Origin: Macrostomum lignano
Lineage: Eukaryota
Length of the DNA: 64,000 nucleotides
Assembly (NCBI GenBank): GCA_002269645.1
Contig: NIVC01000224.1
Coordinates: forward strand, 62,001 to 126,000
Reading direction: 5' to 3'
In this document: positions 1 through 36,015 of the stretch, piece by piece
Numbering within the stretch: the first letter of the stretch is position 1
Layout: each line of letters begins with the position of its first letter
Program-made: the position numbers and the translations under genes
Notes under the pieces: generated by a model
Databases searched by the model: none
Told to the model about the DNA's origin: nothing
The model's input: only the letters and a program-made list of their open reading frames with translations

Positions 1-827
1 AAAAATAGAAAAGTTTGAAGATTTCTTAGAATGCGAATTATCTTAGAATGTGATATGTAGATAATAAAATTTCCATTCCATCCAAGCTTTTGAAAATAAA
101 AACTATGCTAGACTTCTTTAACGATACGAAATTTGAAGCTTAAGCTCACGGATTACGTACATGGGCGAATACGTAAAAGCAAATCCTTCAATACCAAAAT
201 AAACTGCTACTAAAAGATCACAAGCAACAACAACTAGAGATTCCGTCTATCTGTTCGTTTCTTTTTCACAATAATGGTGCCAACAGGAGATTCGGTCTGC
301 GGAATGTCGCGATCAGCATGATTTGCCGGACTGTCGTCGCGAATATCGGCGTGAGCGCCGCAGGCGGCCAGTCCTGACGGATTCTGGTCGTGAGGTCTCT
401 TGAGTAAAAATCCAATTTGAAATTGTTTATGTACACGTATTTAACATTATAATGTAGATATGTGCGGTATAAACTTAGAGCTACTTTTAAGTAGTATGAT
501 AAAACGGTTTTCAACAAAAGGACCGTTTTTTTATGGCTGCTGCTGATTCTAATCAAAAACACTGGTTCAACAAATATTCTACAGTTTAGCTTATTCACTA
601 GTGATTCACAGTGAGTAAACATCACGATTTAAATATGATTCACGGTGAGTAACACTGTGATTCACAAGTAATTCGCTGTGAGTAGTATTGTGATTGATGT
701 GTGATTCATTCAACATGTGAATTAATGACAAGATATTCAAATATAATACGAGTTACATTCAGATTAAAAACAAAATACCAACATAATTTAAGACGGAACT
801 CATGGACTCACATTTTCAATGACGGAG

Positions 828-21832
<21,005 letters not shown>

Positions 21833-23225
21833 TATCGTAGCTACATTGGGAATAGGTGTAGTACTGTGGGCTGGAGTTGTCTCTAAGTTACCTTCAATCG
21901 TAGCCGTGCATAAATTATTTCAATTTTGGTAAATGATAATTATCGCTGATAGTATTGAATGGAGTTGAAAATTCCAATAAGTGGTCAGAGCTACTAACTC
22001 ATCTGTGGTTTCGGGTTTTTGATAAGTCAAGTAGCTTTAAAACTGATAGTAATGCATACGTAATACAATTGCTAATGCTAAATGCCAACAAAGACAATGT
22101 TGCCTTAGTATTTGAAATACATTTGCCTTATCAAAGCTTTATTAGCTTTACAGTGGAAATGAATTCATAAAGATGTGCAGTAAGGTTTAGGGCAATATTT
22201 ATTTGTTTTAAATGTTAGTGGATATTTAAAATATAAAATATATGATACAAATGTATAAATACATTCTGTTTTTATAAAAGTAAGGATGTTAAAATAGCTC
22301 AAATGTTGCACTCGAGTGCAAGGCAAGCATTGTTTTAAATAAAAAGGTAGCAAAAAGCCAATTTGATTGAAAACTGTTTTATTTATTAATTTGCACTAAT
22401 ATTGTGTATGAAAATAAAAAAATAGATGTTTATATGTAAGACATTTACAAAATCAGACTAGTTTGTGGTTTTTGTAATAAGTGTTTTAATTTTTTAAATT
22501 AATTAAACAATTAATTGTGGAATCTTTTTTGTGAATTTGTGCCTAAGAACAAAAACTCGACAATAACCTTTTCGCCAACACTTACTTTGAGAACAAACAT
22601 TCGGAACCAGTGCGGCGGCCCAAAATGTAAATAACAGCGAAATATACATTTGAAAACTCATCTCCGCTTGTCTAGTCGCTTTTTACTAGCATTGGTCACA
22701 GCTTCATGTTAAAAATCAGCGTTGTATTAATTGGTGCATGTAGCTTTTTAAACTTAAGTTATGGTCTTAAAAAGTAACGCTGTAGAATACTAGTTAAGCC
22801 ACAGTACTAACGCATAATTTGAAAATGTTATTTTTACCACGAAAACTACAAAAGCATTAGAAAAAGACTAAAACCAAAAAAGTAACTTTTTATTTTAAAT
22901 ATCTAAAGCAGAAGCTGACCAACGCAGATCAAACATCAAAATAGTGTTAAATTAGCAGTTTCAATTTGTTTTAAAAAGTTCTAACGGTGTTTATTATAAC
23001 AGTTTTATAATTTACATACCACGCAGATGTCTGTATCCGATGCTCTTTAGTCCAACCTTACGGGACAGGGACGATGTTATATGTACATGTACATGTATGT
23101 TAGACCAGATAGTTATTTAGTCTCGAGCCTATACAAATCATTTTGTCACGATCCTAGGCAAAAAGACTCATAATGCTAGATATACGTTACCTTGTACAGA
23201 AAAGCTACTTTCTACATAATTGTAT

Positions 23226-23263
23226 CAAGGACTACTAGCAGCATATACTGCTAGTGGTCCTTG
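23226..23263. mobile_element. 38-bp miniature inverted-repeat element with an 8-bp target-site duplication (hAT-like geometry)
   Basis: CAAGGACTACTAGCAG-CATATA-CTGCTAGTGGTCCTTG (16-bp TIRs, 1 mismatch), flanked by AATTGTAT at 23218-23225 and 23264-23271. Confidence 0.7.
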
Positions 23264-23649
23264 AATTGTATACATGTAGTTTCTATCCGAGCTTCATACA
23301 TTATATAATCAAAAACAATCCGAGAATCTAACGTCCGTTACTGAAATGATATGTTGGTAATTTTTAGGATGGGCTCACTCACACACCCACACTTAATCGA
23401 TCATTCAGTCATTCGATCGCTAACTTTTTTTGCTTATCACTCACGCGTGATCTTAGCTAATTTTCAGACAATTTCTACTCAAATGCATGCGCCGCGCTTG
23501 TACATGTACTTTGTACATTAATACGATTGCTTAAATTTTGGCAACCCCATCTTCTTGGCAGCGCATTTACATAATTCAGGGTTATAACTTCTTCTTTGGC
23601 TATAATAAAAAAGCAAATCTCTAGAGATGTTTTGCTGCTTCACCCTCGC

Positions 23650-23800
23650 AGGTTGGCCAATAAATTCACAGCAGGCCCATCATTGAGGCAGCGCGCGCGG
23701 CCGCCAAATTAATTGTTCGTGTGGAAGCTGCTGCTGAATGCCTGCTCCCGCTGAATGCCTGCCCCCGCCCCTGCCAAAGTCCGCGGGGCGGGGGCTGAAG
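23650..23800. promoter_or_regulatory. Candidate GC-box/CCAAT promoter island upstream of the mucin gene
   Basis: Local GC/CpG island in AT-rich DNA with CCAAT (~23657) and inverted GC boxes GCCCCCGCCCC...GGGGCGGGGGC (23761-23795). The link to the gene is inference. Confidence 0.3.
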
Positions 23801-24188
23801 GCGTGCGCAACTTTCCATTTTTTATTTCTTTATTACCAAATTTATAAGGTTATTATAGGTGCAGGTCTACACACTGTATCTGCTTTGTGCCAGAAATCTT
23901 ATTTGGAGATACATGTATTGCACACAGTAACCATATAGGTAAGAAATATAATAAACAATGAAATTACAATGTGAATATATATTCATTTTTATTGCCTGTA
24001 GCAAGAGTGTATGCTTAATTGGTTAAAACAAAACAGAAATATATTTACTTACCTTAGTTATAATTACTAAGCTTTATTTTTATAATTACTGGGTTAATTT
24101 TCAACAACACGGTTACACGTCATGATCTGTGTCGACTTGTTGGGGTTATAAAGTTTACGAGCGTAAATGCGGACATTTTAGAATGAAA

Positions 24189-24725
24189 CTAAGGGTGAGA
24201 TTAGGGACCTAAGGGTGAGATTAGGGACCTAAGGGTGAGATTAGGGACCTAAGGGTGAGATTAGGGACCTAAGGGTGAGATTAGGGACCTAAGGGTGAGA
24301 TTAGGGACCTAAGGGTGAGATTAGGGACCTAAGGGTGAGATTAGGGACCTAAGGGTGAGATTAGGGACCTAAGGGTGAGATTAGGGACCTAAGGGTGAGA
24401 TTAGGGACCTAAGGGTGAGATTAGGGACCTAAGGGTGAGATTAGGGACCTAAGGGTGAGATTAGGGACCTAAGGGTGAAATTAAGAAACTAAGGGTGAGA
24501 TTAGAGAGCTAAGGGTGTGAGATTAAAAAACTGAGGGTAAGATTAGAGACCTAAGGGTGAGATTAAGAAACTAAGGGTGAGATTAGGAACCTAAGGGTGA
24601 GATTAAGAAACTAAGGGTGAGATTAGGAACCTAAGGGTGAGATTAAGAAACTAAGGGTGAGATTAGGAACCTAAGGGTGAGATTAAGAAACCATAAGATG
24701 AAAGACCTAAAGGTGAGATTAGGGA
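24189..24725. repeat. 20-bp minisatellite (AAGGGTGAGATTAGGGACCT) containing TTAGGG
   Basis: Period of 20, homogeneous to about 24480, then variants. Confidence 0.96.
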
Positions 24726-25164
24726 TTAGGAACTCAAGAGCGAGACGGGGATCTGAAGGCGACAGTAGGGATCCAAGCCCATATTTAAGGATAAGAGCAT
24801 GGATATTCTTGAGCTAAAAATTTTCCATGAATCATTGCGAATTTTAGGAATCGAGCAGACTGAAAAAAGCAAACTAATTATCACACCCGGATTATAGATT
24901 TTGTAGCCTATAATTTTAAACGGACTGCAACTTTGCAGCAATCCTTGAAATACTCGGTCAGAGACAAAACCTATGGACGCTGGGTAAAATTATTAGTTTG
25001 GACAAGATCTGCATAGAGGTTTGATAGATTACTTTTAAATAATTAGGGCTACTCTATGCGCTTAGAGCAGCTGCTGCAAGAAGACGACTTTCTTCACGCG
25101 TGTAAGTGTCGCTCCAGGCATAAGCTATACATATAGGTCATTATAGCAGCTGTGAGTTCATGGC

Positions 25165-25400
25165 TTTCAGGTGTGTCATAGCTTCCATGTGGATCATAGC
25201 TTCCATGTGGGTCATAGCTTCCATGTGGATCATAGCTTCCATGTGGATCATAGCTTCCATGTGGATCATAGCTTCCATGTGGATCATAGCTTCCATGTGG
25301 ATCATAGCTTCCATGTGGATCATAGCTTCCATGTGGGTCATAGCTTCCATGTGGGTCATAGCTTCCATGTGGGTCATAGCTTCCATGTGGGTCATGGCTT
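25165..25400. repeat. 18-bp minisatellite (CATAGCTTCCATGTGGRT), about 13 copies
   Basis: Seen directly. Confidence 0.95.
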
Positions 25401-25929
25401 CATTTGAGTCATCGCATACGTCCGTTTGGGTCATTACTTATACATGTATCGTGATATTGTGTGTAAAGCATGGCTGGCCTTATAGTTCGCGGTAAATATC
25501 AAAGGAAGAAAGTGCAAGTTTGTGCGTCGGTGAAGGACTACCAAGTCTATAGTAGATCAATTTTAATTTTCATCCAACAAAAACTGTTTTTTCAAACAGC
25601 ACTGGATGCTGGGAAGATTCAGCGGATTATGGCTCTGGCTTATTGTTCGTCACTTTGGACTTGGGGTCCAGCTGATTGAAGAATATGTTACACGGATAAA
25701 ATATTTCTGAACCTTATTTACGCTGAGCGAGATTAAATATACGTATCATATAGGAAAGTGAGATCAAAATAACTTTGGAATAAGATTTGAGGTATTTGAA
25801 GCGAGATAATATATATTTGATAAGATATATCTAGATAAGATATATTTGGAGTTGATTAGACATCTTTGAGATGAGATAGGATATCTTGAAATGAGATTAG
25901 AGCATTTGTAGCGGATTAGAAGTCTGGAA

Positions 25930-26890
25930 CTGATATTAAAAGTATTGTGGTGAGATTAGAAGTATGAAAATGAGATCGAAGATCTGGAATAAGATTAGAT
26001 ATCTTTGTAGTGAGATTAGAGGAGTGAAAATGAGATAGAAGATCTGGAATAAGATTAGATATCTTTGTAGTGAGATTAGAGGAGCGAAAATGAGATAGAA
26101 GATCTGGAATGAGATTAGATATCTTTGTAGTGAGATTAGAAGAGTGAAAATGAGATAGAAGATCTGGAATGAGATTAGATATCTTTGTAGTGAGATTAGA
26201 GGAGTGAAAATGTGATAGAAGATCTGGAATGAGATTAGATATCTTTGTAGTGAGATTAGAAGAGTGAAATGAGATAGAAGGTCTGGAATGAGATCAGAAA
26301 TCAATTTGTAGTGAGATTAGAGGAGTGAAAATGAGATAGAAGATCTGGAATTAGATTAAATATCAATTTGTAGTGAAATTAGAAGTATGAAAATGAGATC
26401 GAAGATCTGAAATGAGATTAGATATCTTTATAGTGAGATTAGAAGAGTGAAAATGAGATAGAGGATCTGGAATGAGATTAGATATCTTTACAGTGAGATT
26501 AGAAGAGTGAAAATGAGATCGAAGATCTGGAATGAGATTAGATATCTTTGTAGTGAGATTAGAAGAGTGAAAATGAGATAGAAGGTCTAGAAGAGATTAG
26601 ACATCTTTGTAGTGAGATTAGAAGAGTAAAAATGAGACAGAAGGTCTGGAATGAGATCAGATATCTTTGTAGTGAGATTAGAAGAGTGAAAATGAGATAG
26701 AAGGTCTAGAAGAGATTAGACATCTTTGTAGTGAGATTAGAAGAGTAAAAATGAGACAGAAGGTCTGGAATGAGATTAGATATCTTTGTAGTGAGATTAG
26801 AAGAGTGAAAATTAGATAGAAGGTCTGGAATGAGATTAGATATCTTTGTAGTGAGCTTAGAAGAGTGAAAATGAGATTAGAGATTTCAGA
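25930..26890. repeat. 60-bp satellite (three ~20-bp TGAGATTAG-containing subunits), about 15 copies
   Basis: Lines 26041 and 26101 repeat at period 60. Confidence 0.95.
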
Positions 26891-27739
26891 ATAAGAATAG
26901 TTATCTTCGGGAGCTAAGACGAAAAATATTAGAATGTTATAGATCCTGTCAGTGAGATCTAGAAAAGAGATTAGACTAACTGAGAATGTAGATTAGAGTG
27001 GCTAGTTATGAATAGATGCTAGGAAGGTTGAAAATTCCAGTCTTGTCAAAAATCTCAAGATCGTCCATTCCAGTTCGAATTCGCAAGCGCTGAATGAATT
27101 GCTGCAGTCTTAGTTAACCAGCGTACATGTAAGTTTAGTTTCTTCGTTTTTTACCGAATTGTTTCAATTGGACCAATGAGAAGCGAGTGGGCTGGGGTTG
27201 CGTCTGCTCCCTTCTCTCTCTGTCCCTCTATTTCTTACCTTACCCTTACTGATTTATAAGCATTTGCAAGTAGCGAACCGACCGGTCCCAACACGACTGG
27301 CAGGGCCCGAAGTTACCACCAAAAGCTTTACTTATAACACAACTAGCTGGAATTCCCGCACCAACCAACCAGAGACAAGCGGGACCTGCAGTCATCCACC
27401 CTCGGGGAAACCTATTGAAAACCGTACAGTTAAGCGCACGTAAGGTGATTTTCTCTGTTTATCTAAGGCCAACCACTGCCAACACGAAGGACTAAGTTGA
27501 CTCCTCTGCTGCCCAGCCGGCCAACCAGACCTGCGCCCCCCCCCACTAAAATCCCTTTCCAGGTCCTAAAAAAGATTTTGACAAGGCATTTAGGTTTAGT
27601 TATAGATACTTCCCAGTACCAGTCTGCAGACAGGAAGACAGAACAACGGATTGTTAAAAGAAACGGAGGATCGGAGTTAAAGTTGACGGGAAAACTTTAA
27701 AACTGAAAAGGTAAGATGATTGATTTTCAACTGCTTTCG

Positions 27740-29706
<1,967 letters not shown>

Positions 29707-30120
29707 TCTATCCGGAATGCTTGTCTTATAATCTTTAATCCAGTCTTGTCGTCTGAGATTGTGAATCGACCAAATCTTCTTAGCCGCCTCCTGAATTAAT
29801 AAAAATCTGAATTAGAGACGGTCGTGGGGACACAGAAAAAATTTGCATTTGTTGAATCAGCTGAGCACACAGCTCAGGGCCACGAGCGACGCGCGGACTA
29901 AGACAAGTTGGAGACAGTTAAACTAAGAATGTCTACAGCACTAAATTATGCCTGAGTACTGAGATTTCCCAGGAAAAAATATTTTGGATGCCTTTTTTGC
30001 TCATTAGCGCAAACTTGATCACTTATACAACTTTCTGTGAATTTTCTTCACAATTTTTATTCAATGATAAAATTATTTTATATATTTGTTAGCGTTTTTC
30101 TAGGCGCCCATCTGACACAA

Positions 30121-32178
30121 TAGAATGGATTGCTAATCTATACAATGGATAGCTAATGTATAGAATGGATTTCTAATCTATACAATGTATTGCTAATCTA
30201 TAGAATGGATTGCTAATCTATAGAATGGATTGCTAATCTATACAATGGATTGCTAATCTATAGAATGGATTGCTAATCTATAGAATGGATTGCTAATCTA
30301 TAGACTGAAATGCTAATCAATAGAATGAATTGGTGATCTATAGAATGGATTGCTAATCTATACAATGGATAGCTAATGTATAGAATGGATTGCTAATCTA
30401 TACAATGGATTGCTAATCTATACAATGGATAGCTAATCTATACAATGGATTGCTAATCTATAGAATGGATTGCTAATCTATAGAATGGATTGCTAATCTA
30501 TACAATGGATTGCTAATCTATAGAATGGATTGCTAATCTATAGAATGGATTGCTAATCTATAGACTGAAATGCTAATCAATAGAATGAATTGATGATCTA
30601 TAGAATGGATTGCTAATCTATACAATGGATAGCTAATGTATAGAATGGATTGCTAATCTATACAATGGATTTCTAATCTATACAATGTATTGCTAATCTA
30701 TAGAATGGATTGCTAATCTATAGAATGAATTGGTGATCTATAGAATGGATTGCTAATCTATACAATGGATTGCTAATCTATAGAATGGATTGCTAATCTA
30801 TAGAATGGATTGCTAATCAATTGAATGGATTGCTAATCTATAGAATGGATTGCTAATCTATAGAATGGATTGCTAATCTATAGAATGGATTGCTAATCTA
30901 TAGAATGGATTGCTAATCTATAGAATGGATGGCTAATCTATAGAATGGATTGCTAATCTATAGAATGGATTGCTGATCTATAGAATGGATTGCTAATCTA
31001 TAGAATGGATTGCTAATCTATAGAATGGATTGCTCGTCTATAGAATGGATTGCTAATCTATAGAATGGATTGCTAATCTATAGAATGGATTGCTCGTCTA
31101 TAGAATGGATTGCTAATCTATAGAATGGATTGCTAATCTATAGAATGGATTGCTAATCTATAGAATGGATTGCTAATCTATAGAATGGATTGCTAATCTA
31201 TAGAATGGATTGCTAATCTATAGAATGGATTGCTAATCTATAGAATGGATTGCTAATCTATAGAATGGATTGCTAGTCTATAGAATAGATTGCTAATATA
31301 TAAAATGGATTGCTAATCTACAGAATGGATTGCTGATCTATAGAATGGATTGCTAATCTATAGAATGGATTGCTAATCTATAGAATAGATTGCTAATATA
31401 TAAAATGGATTGCTAATCTACAGAATGGATTGCTGATCTATAGAATGGATTGCTAATCTATAGAATGGATTGCTAGTCTATAGAATGGATTGCTAATCTA
31501 TAGAATGGATTGCTGATCTATAGAATGGATTGCTGATCTATAGAATGGATTGCTGATCTATAGAATGGATTGCTAATCTATAGAATGGATTGCTAATCTA
31601 TAGAATGGATTGCTAATCTATAGAATGGATTGCTAATCTATAGAATTGATTGCTAATCTATAGAATAGATTGCTAATATATAAAATGGATTGCTAATCTA
31701 CAGAATGGATTGCTGATCTATAGAATGGATTGCTAATCTATAGAATGGATTGCTAGTCTATAGAATGGATTGCTAATCTATAGAATGGATTGCTGATCTA
31801 TAGAATGGATTGCTGATCTATAGAATGGATTGCTGATCTATAGAATGGATTGCTAATCTATAGAATGGATTGCTAGTCTATAGAATGGATTGCTAATCTA
31901 TAGAATGGATTGCTAGTCTATAGAATGGATTGCTAATCTATAGAATTGATTGCTAATCTATAGAATGGATTGCTGATCTATAGAATGGATTGCTGATCTA
32001 TAGAATGGATTGCTGATCTATAGAATGGATTGCTGATCTGTAGAATGGATTGCTAATCTATACAATGGATTGCTAATCTATAGAATGGATTGCTCGTCTA
32101 TAGAATGGATTGCTAATCTATAGAATGGATTGCTCGTCTATAGAATGGATTGCTAGTCTATAGAATGGATTGCTAATC
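30121..32178 (+). repeat. 20-bp satellite (TAGAATGGATTGCTAATCTA), about 100 copies
   Basis: Period of 20 read directly. Confidence 0.98.
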
Positions 32179-33399
32179 TGATGAAACCCAAAAGTAGCGC
32201 TCTCTTGACACTCAAATGTACTTAAAGAAACTGATTATTCCTTTTCAAAGCAGTCTTCAAAATTATCCAATTTTGTCTAAACCTGCAGTAGACCGCCAAA
32301 AAGACGTTAATAAAGTATATGGCGTTTAAAAAGACCGCATAAGGCCATACTACACAATACGCAGTACATCTTATAAATGCGTGTAAGTCCGGAAAATTCA
32401 GACAAGCAGAAGCCGACCCCCCCCAACTCTCTCATCTGCATGCTTCCTCTTTTCCTTTCTGTCCCGATAGAAATTTCCTTTATAAAGCCAAACAGCTCGT
32501 GGAGATGGCGAGAAGGGGAGAGGGGGAGAGACAGAGAGGGAGGGAGGAAGAGTGGCCCTAGCTGCCGGCCCAGTGACTGTCACCTCACGTGTTGTTTTTT
32601 CACAAGCCAACGGTGTGAAAATTGGTGTTGCAATTATAAAAAAATTCTATAATTAACAAGAAGAAACAGGCGCGCATGACTCTCGCATCGCGAGCCTTGG
32701 TTCGATTCCACATTCATTTGGACTGTACATCCTGTGTGAGCGTGTGTACAGTATTGGCGCAATGAATGCCCAACACCCGGCCAAGGTATGTCGCAAAAAT
32801 GCCCACCTGAAAAATAAGAGTATTAATTATTAGATGACGAGGCATTTCACGTAAATAGTACAGTTATTATTACTCCTGCCGTTCACCCAAAATTACGTTA
32901 ATTTTTGCGGTTTCTTTTATAGGTAAGTCGCAATTTTGGTCAAAAAGTAAGTCGCTTGGCCAGTGTAAATCGGGTGGGTTTCGCATGTATGTGCTGGCGT
33001 GCTTGATTCTGGCCAGGAGTCAGGAGTCAGCGTAATGGGCAGAATTGCCATCAGCATTTATTTATTTAAAATCTAAAATTTGAAACTCTGTCTCCAATCA
33101 GCATATGCGGTTTAACAGCTGTTTCTAATAAATCATCTTTTTTGCTGGTTTGCGTTTCCATTTCTACGCCTAATTTAACCTTGAAATGCACTTTGCACAA
33201 CTAGAACGCTTCTGTTCTGTCCGAATGGCCATATCTCTATACAATACCAATGCTTGTTGTGGAATTTAGGGCTTAGAAGGGCATGCATCATCAATGCATG
33301 GCTTATAAGTTTTAGAAGCTTCGTGGATTTTATAAGCTGGATTTTTCCTCGGCTAAGCCCGATACTCGTGACTCCATTTGAACTTGGTAACGTCAGTAA

Positions 33400-34490
33400 G
33401 TTCGACAATTTATAAGCTCGATAACTTCATTAACCTCGGTATTTTATAAGCTTGATAACTTCATTAAGCTCGATATTTTATAAGCTTGATAACTTCATTA
33501 AGCTCGGTATTTTATAGTTCGATATTTCATCAAGCTCGATAGTTCATAAGCTCAATTATTTCATTAAGCTCGATAGTTCATCAAGCTCGATAGTTTATAA
33601 GCTCAATTATTTCATTAAGCTCGATAGTTCATCAAGCTCGATAGTTTCTAAGCTCAATTATTTCATTAAGCTCGATAGTTTATAAGCTCAATTATTTCAT
33701 TAAGCTCGATAGTTCATCAAGCTCGATAGTTTCTAAGCTCAATTATTTCATTAAGCTCGATAGTTCATCAAGCTCGATAGTTTCTAAGCTCAATTATTTC
33801 ATTAAGCTCGATAGTTCATCAAGCTCGATAGTTTCTAAGCTCAATTATTTCATTAAGCTCGATAGTTAATAAGCTCAATTATTTCATTAAGCTCGATAGT
33901 TTATAAGCTCAATTATTTCATTAAGCTCGATAGTTTATAAGCTCAATTATTTCATTAAGCTCGATAGTTTATAAGCTCAATTATTTCATTAAGCTCGATA
34001 GTTTATAAGCTCAATTATTTCATTAAGCTCGATAGTTTATAAGCTCAATTATTTCATTAAGCTCGATAGTTTATAAGCTCAATTATTTCATTAAGCTCGA
34101 TAGTTTATAAGCTCAATTATTTCATTAAGCTCGATAAATTCATTAAGTTCGATAACCTCATTAAGCTCGATAGCTTCATTAAGCTCGATATTTCATCAAG
34201 CTCGATAGTTTATATGCTCAATTATTTCATTAAGCTCGATAACTTCATTAAGTTCGATAACCTCATTAAGCTCGATAGCTTCATTAAGCTCGATAACTTC
34301 ATTAAGCTCGATAGCTTCATTAAGCTCGATAACTTCATTAAACTCGATAACTTCATCAAGCTCGATAACTTCATTAAGCTCGATAACCTCATTAAGCTCG
34401 ATAACTTCATTAAGTTCGATAACCTCATTAAGCTCGATAGCTTCATTAAGCTCGATAACTTCATTAAGCTCGATGTTTTATAAGCTCATT
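33400..34490. repeat. AAGCTCGATA-family minisatellite with 18-bp units and 34-bp (16+18) dimers
   Basis: Period of 34 at 33901-34130; period of 18 at 34240-34470. Confidence 0.93.
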
Positions 34491-35242
34491 TTTTACTTAG
34501 CCCAAAGTGTTATAAATAATTGAAGACGTCAAAAATTATTTCGCTTGAAATTGACAATTTTATAAATTTAAAAGTTGCTAAACTTTGTTTTTGTGCACAT
34601 TCGTTCTAGCCGCTGACTAGTTTAAGTTTCAAAGCGCACATATATGCCCATAGCAAACCTTAATACACTACAGTAGCTATACAAGCCTTTTTGATTTGCA
34701 CTAGAAATATAAATGCATACACACGTACATATGTGCACAATTTTCAGATAAGAATTTTCTTGAACATGTTATTACTTCCGTTGATAAGGGACTTTGAGAG
34801 TTTGCATTTAGAATTGCTCAACTGCCCTTACCTATAGCAGCTAAATGTTTACATTGTCTACAGTTTGGGAAGAACGCTAGGAGGAACCAAATGTTTCTGA
34901 CAGCTAGCGCTGACGTGGGTTTGAGTAGGGTGCTCAGGAGTCAAGGTTCAGATAACGTAGCAAAGATAAATCACAAAACGCGAGCGATTTTAGAGTCACC
35001 CCAGCTCTCTCTCTCTCTGTTGACTTCCGAATTCAATCAGGTTAGTTAGCCGAGCTGTCACTTCTAAATCTTCCAAACTTCCTCAAACCTGTGGGAAAAT
35101 TTGTTTAACTCCGTTGGGAAACCCTGACGTTACTGTAGGAGCTAGAATTGACTCATTTTATTTATTCAAGACTGGTTCTGTTCAAACAGGATTGAGCTGC
35201 ATTGCGTAGGAAAGTGATTGTTAAGCAACCAGATCAACATAC

Positions 35243-36015
35243 TGGATTGCTAATTTATAGAATGGATTGCTAATCTATAGAATGGATTGCTAATCTATAG
35301 AATGGATTGCTAATCTATAGAATGGATTGCTAATCTATAGAATGGATTGCTAATCTATAGAATGGATTGCTAATCTATAGAATGGATTGCTAATCTATAG
35401 AATGGATTGCTAATCTATAGAATGGAATGCTAATCTATAGAATGGATTGCTAATCTATGAAACAGATTGCTAATCTATAGAATGGATTGCTAATCTATAG
35501 AATGGATTGCTAATCTATAGAATGGATTGCTAATCTATAGAATGGATTGCTAATCTATAGAATGGATTGCTAATCTATGAAACAGATTGCTCATCTATAG
35601 AATGGATTGCTACTTTATAGAATGGATTGCTAATCTATGAAACAGATTGCTAATCTATAGAATGGATTGCTAATCTATAGAATGGATTGCTAATCTATGA
35701 AACAGATTGCTCATCTATAGAATGGATTGCTAATCTATGAAACAGATTGCTCATCTATAGAATGGATTGCTACTTTATAGAATGGATTGCTAATCTATGA
35801 AACAGATTGCTCATCTATAGAATGGATTGCTACTTTATAGAATGGATTGCTAATCTATGAAACAGATTGCTCATCTATAGAATGGATTGCTACTTTATAG
35901 AATGGATTGCTAATCTATGAAACAGATTGCTAATCTATAAAAATGGTTGCAAATCTATAGAACGGATTGGTAATCTATGAAACAGATTGCTAACCTATAG
36001 AATTGATTGCTAATC
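35243..36015 (+). repeat. Second array of the 20-bp TAGAATGGATTGCTAATCTA satellite, with TGAAACAGATTGCTCATCTA variants
   Basis: Seen directly. Confidence 0.97.

Noticed and set aside
24189-24725. Telomere array
   Set aside because: TTAGGG occurs only once per 20-bp unit, not as tandem hexamers.
27497-27700. Short ORFs including a DFDKAF string resembling a LINE RT motif
   Set aside because: No flanking RT motifs and frames close quickly.
30121-32178. CRISPR-like appearance of regular short repeats (this and other arrays)
   Set aside because: Head-to-tail units without unique spacers, no cas genes, eukaryotic context.
32178-32184. CTGATGA hammerhead core
   Set aside because: No stem II/GAAA arrangement follows; it arises at the satellite edge.
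32699-32709. GGTTCGATTCC B-box/T-loop motif (similar one near 47530)
   Set aside because: No A-box or cloverleaf could be built; not called as tRNA or SINE.
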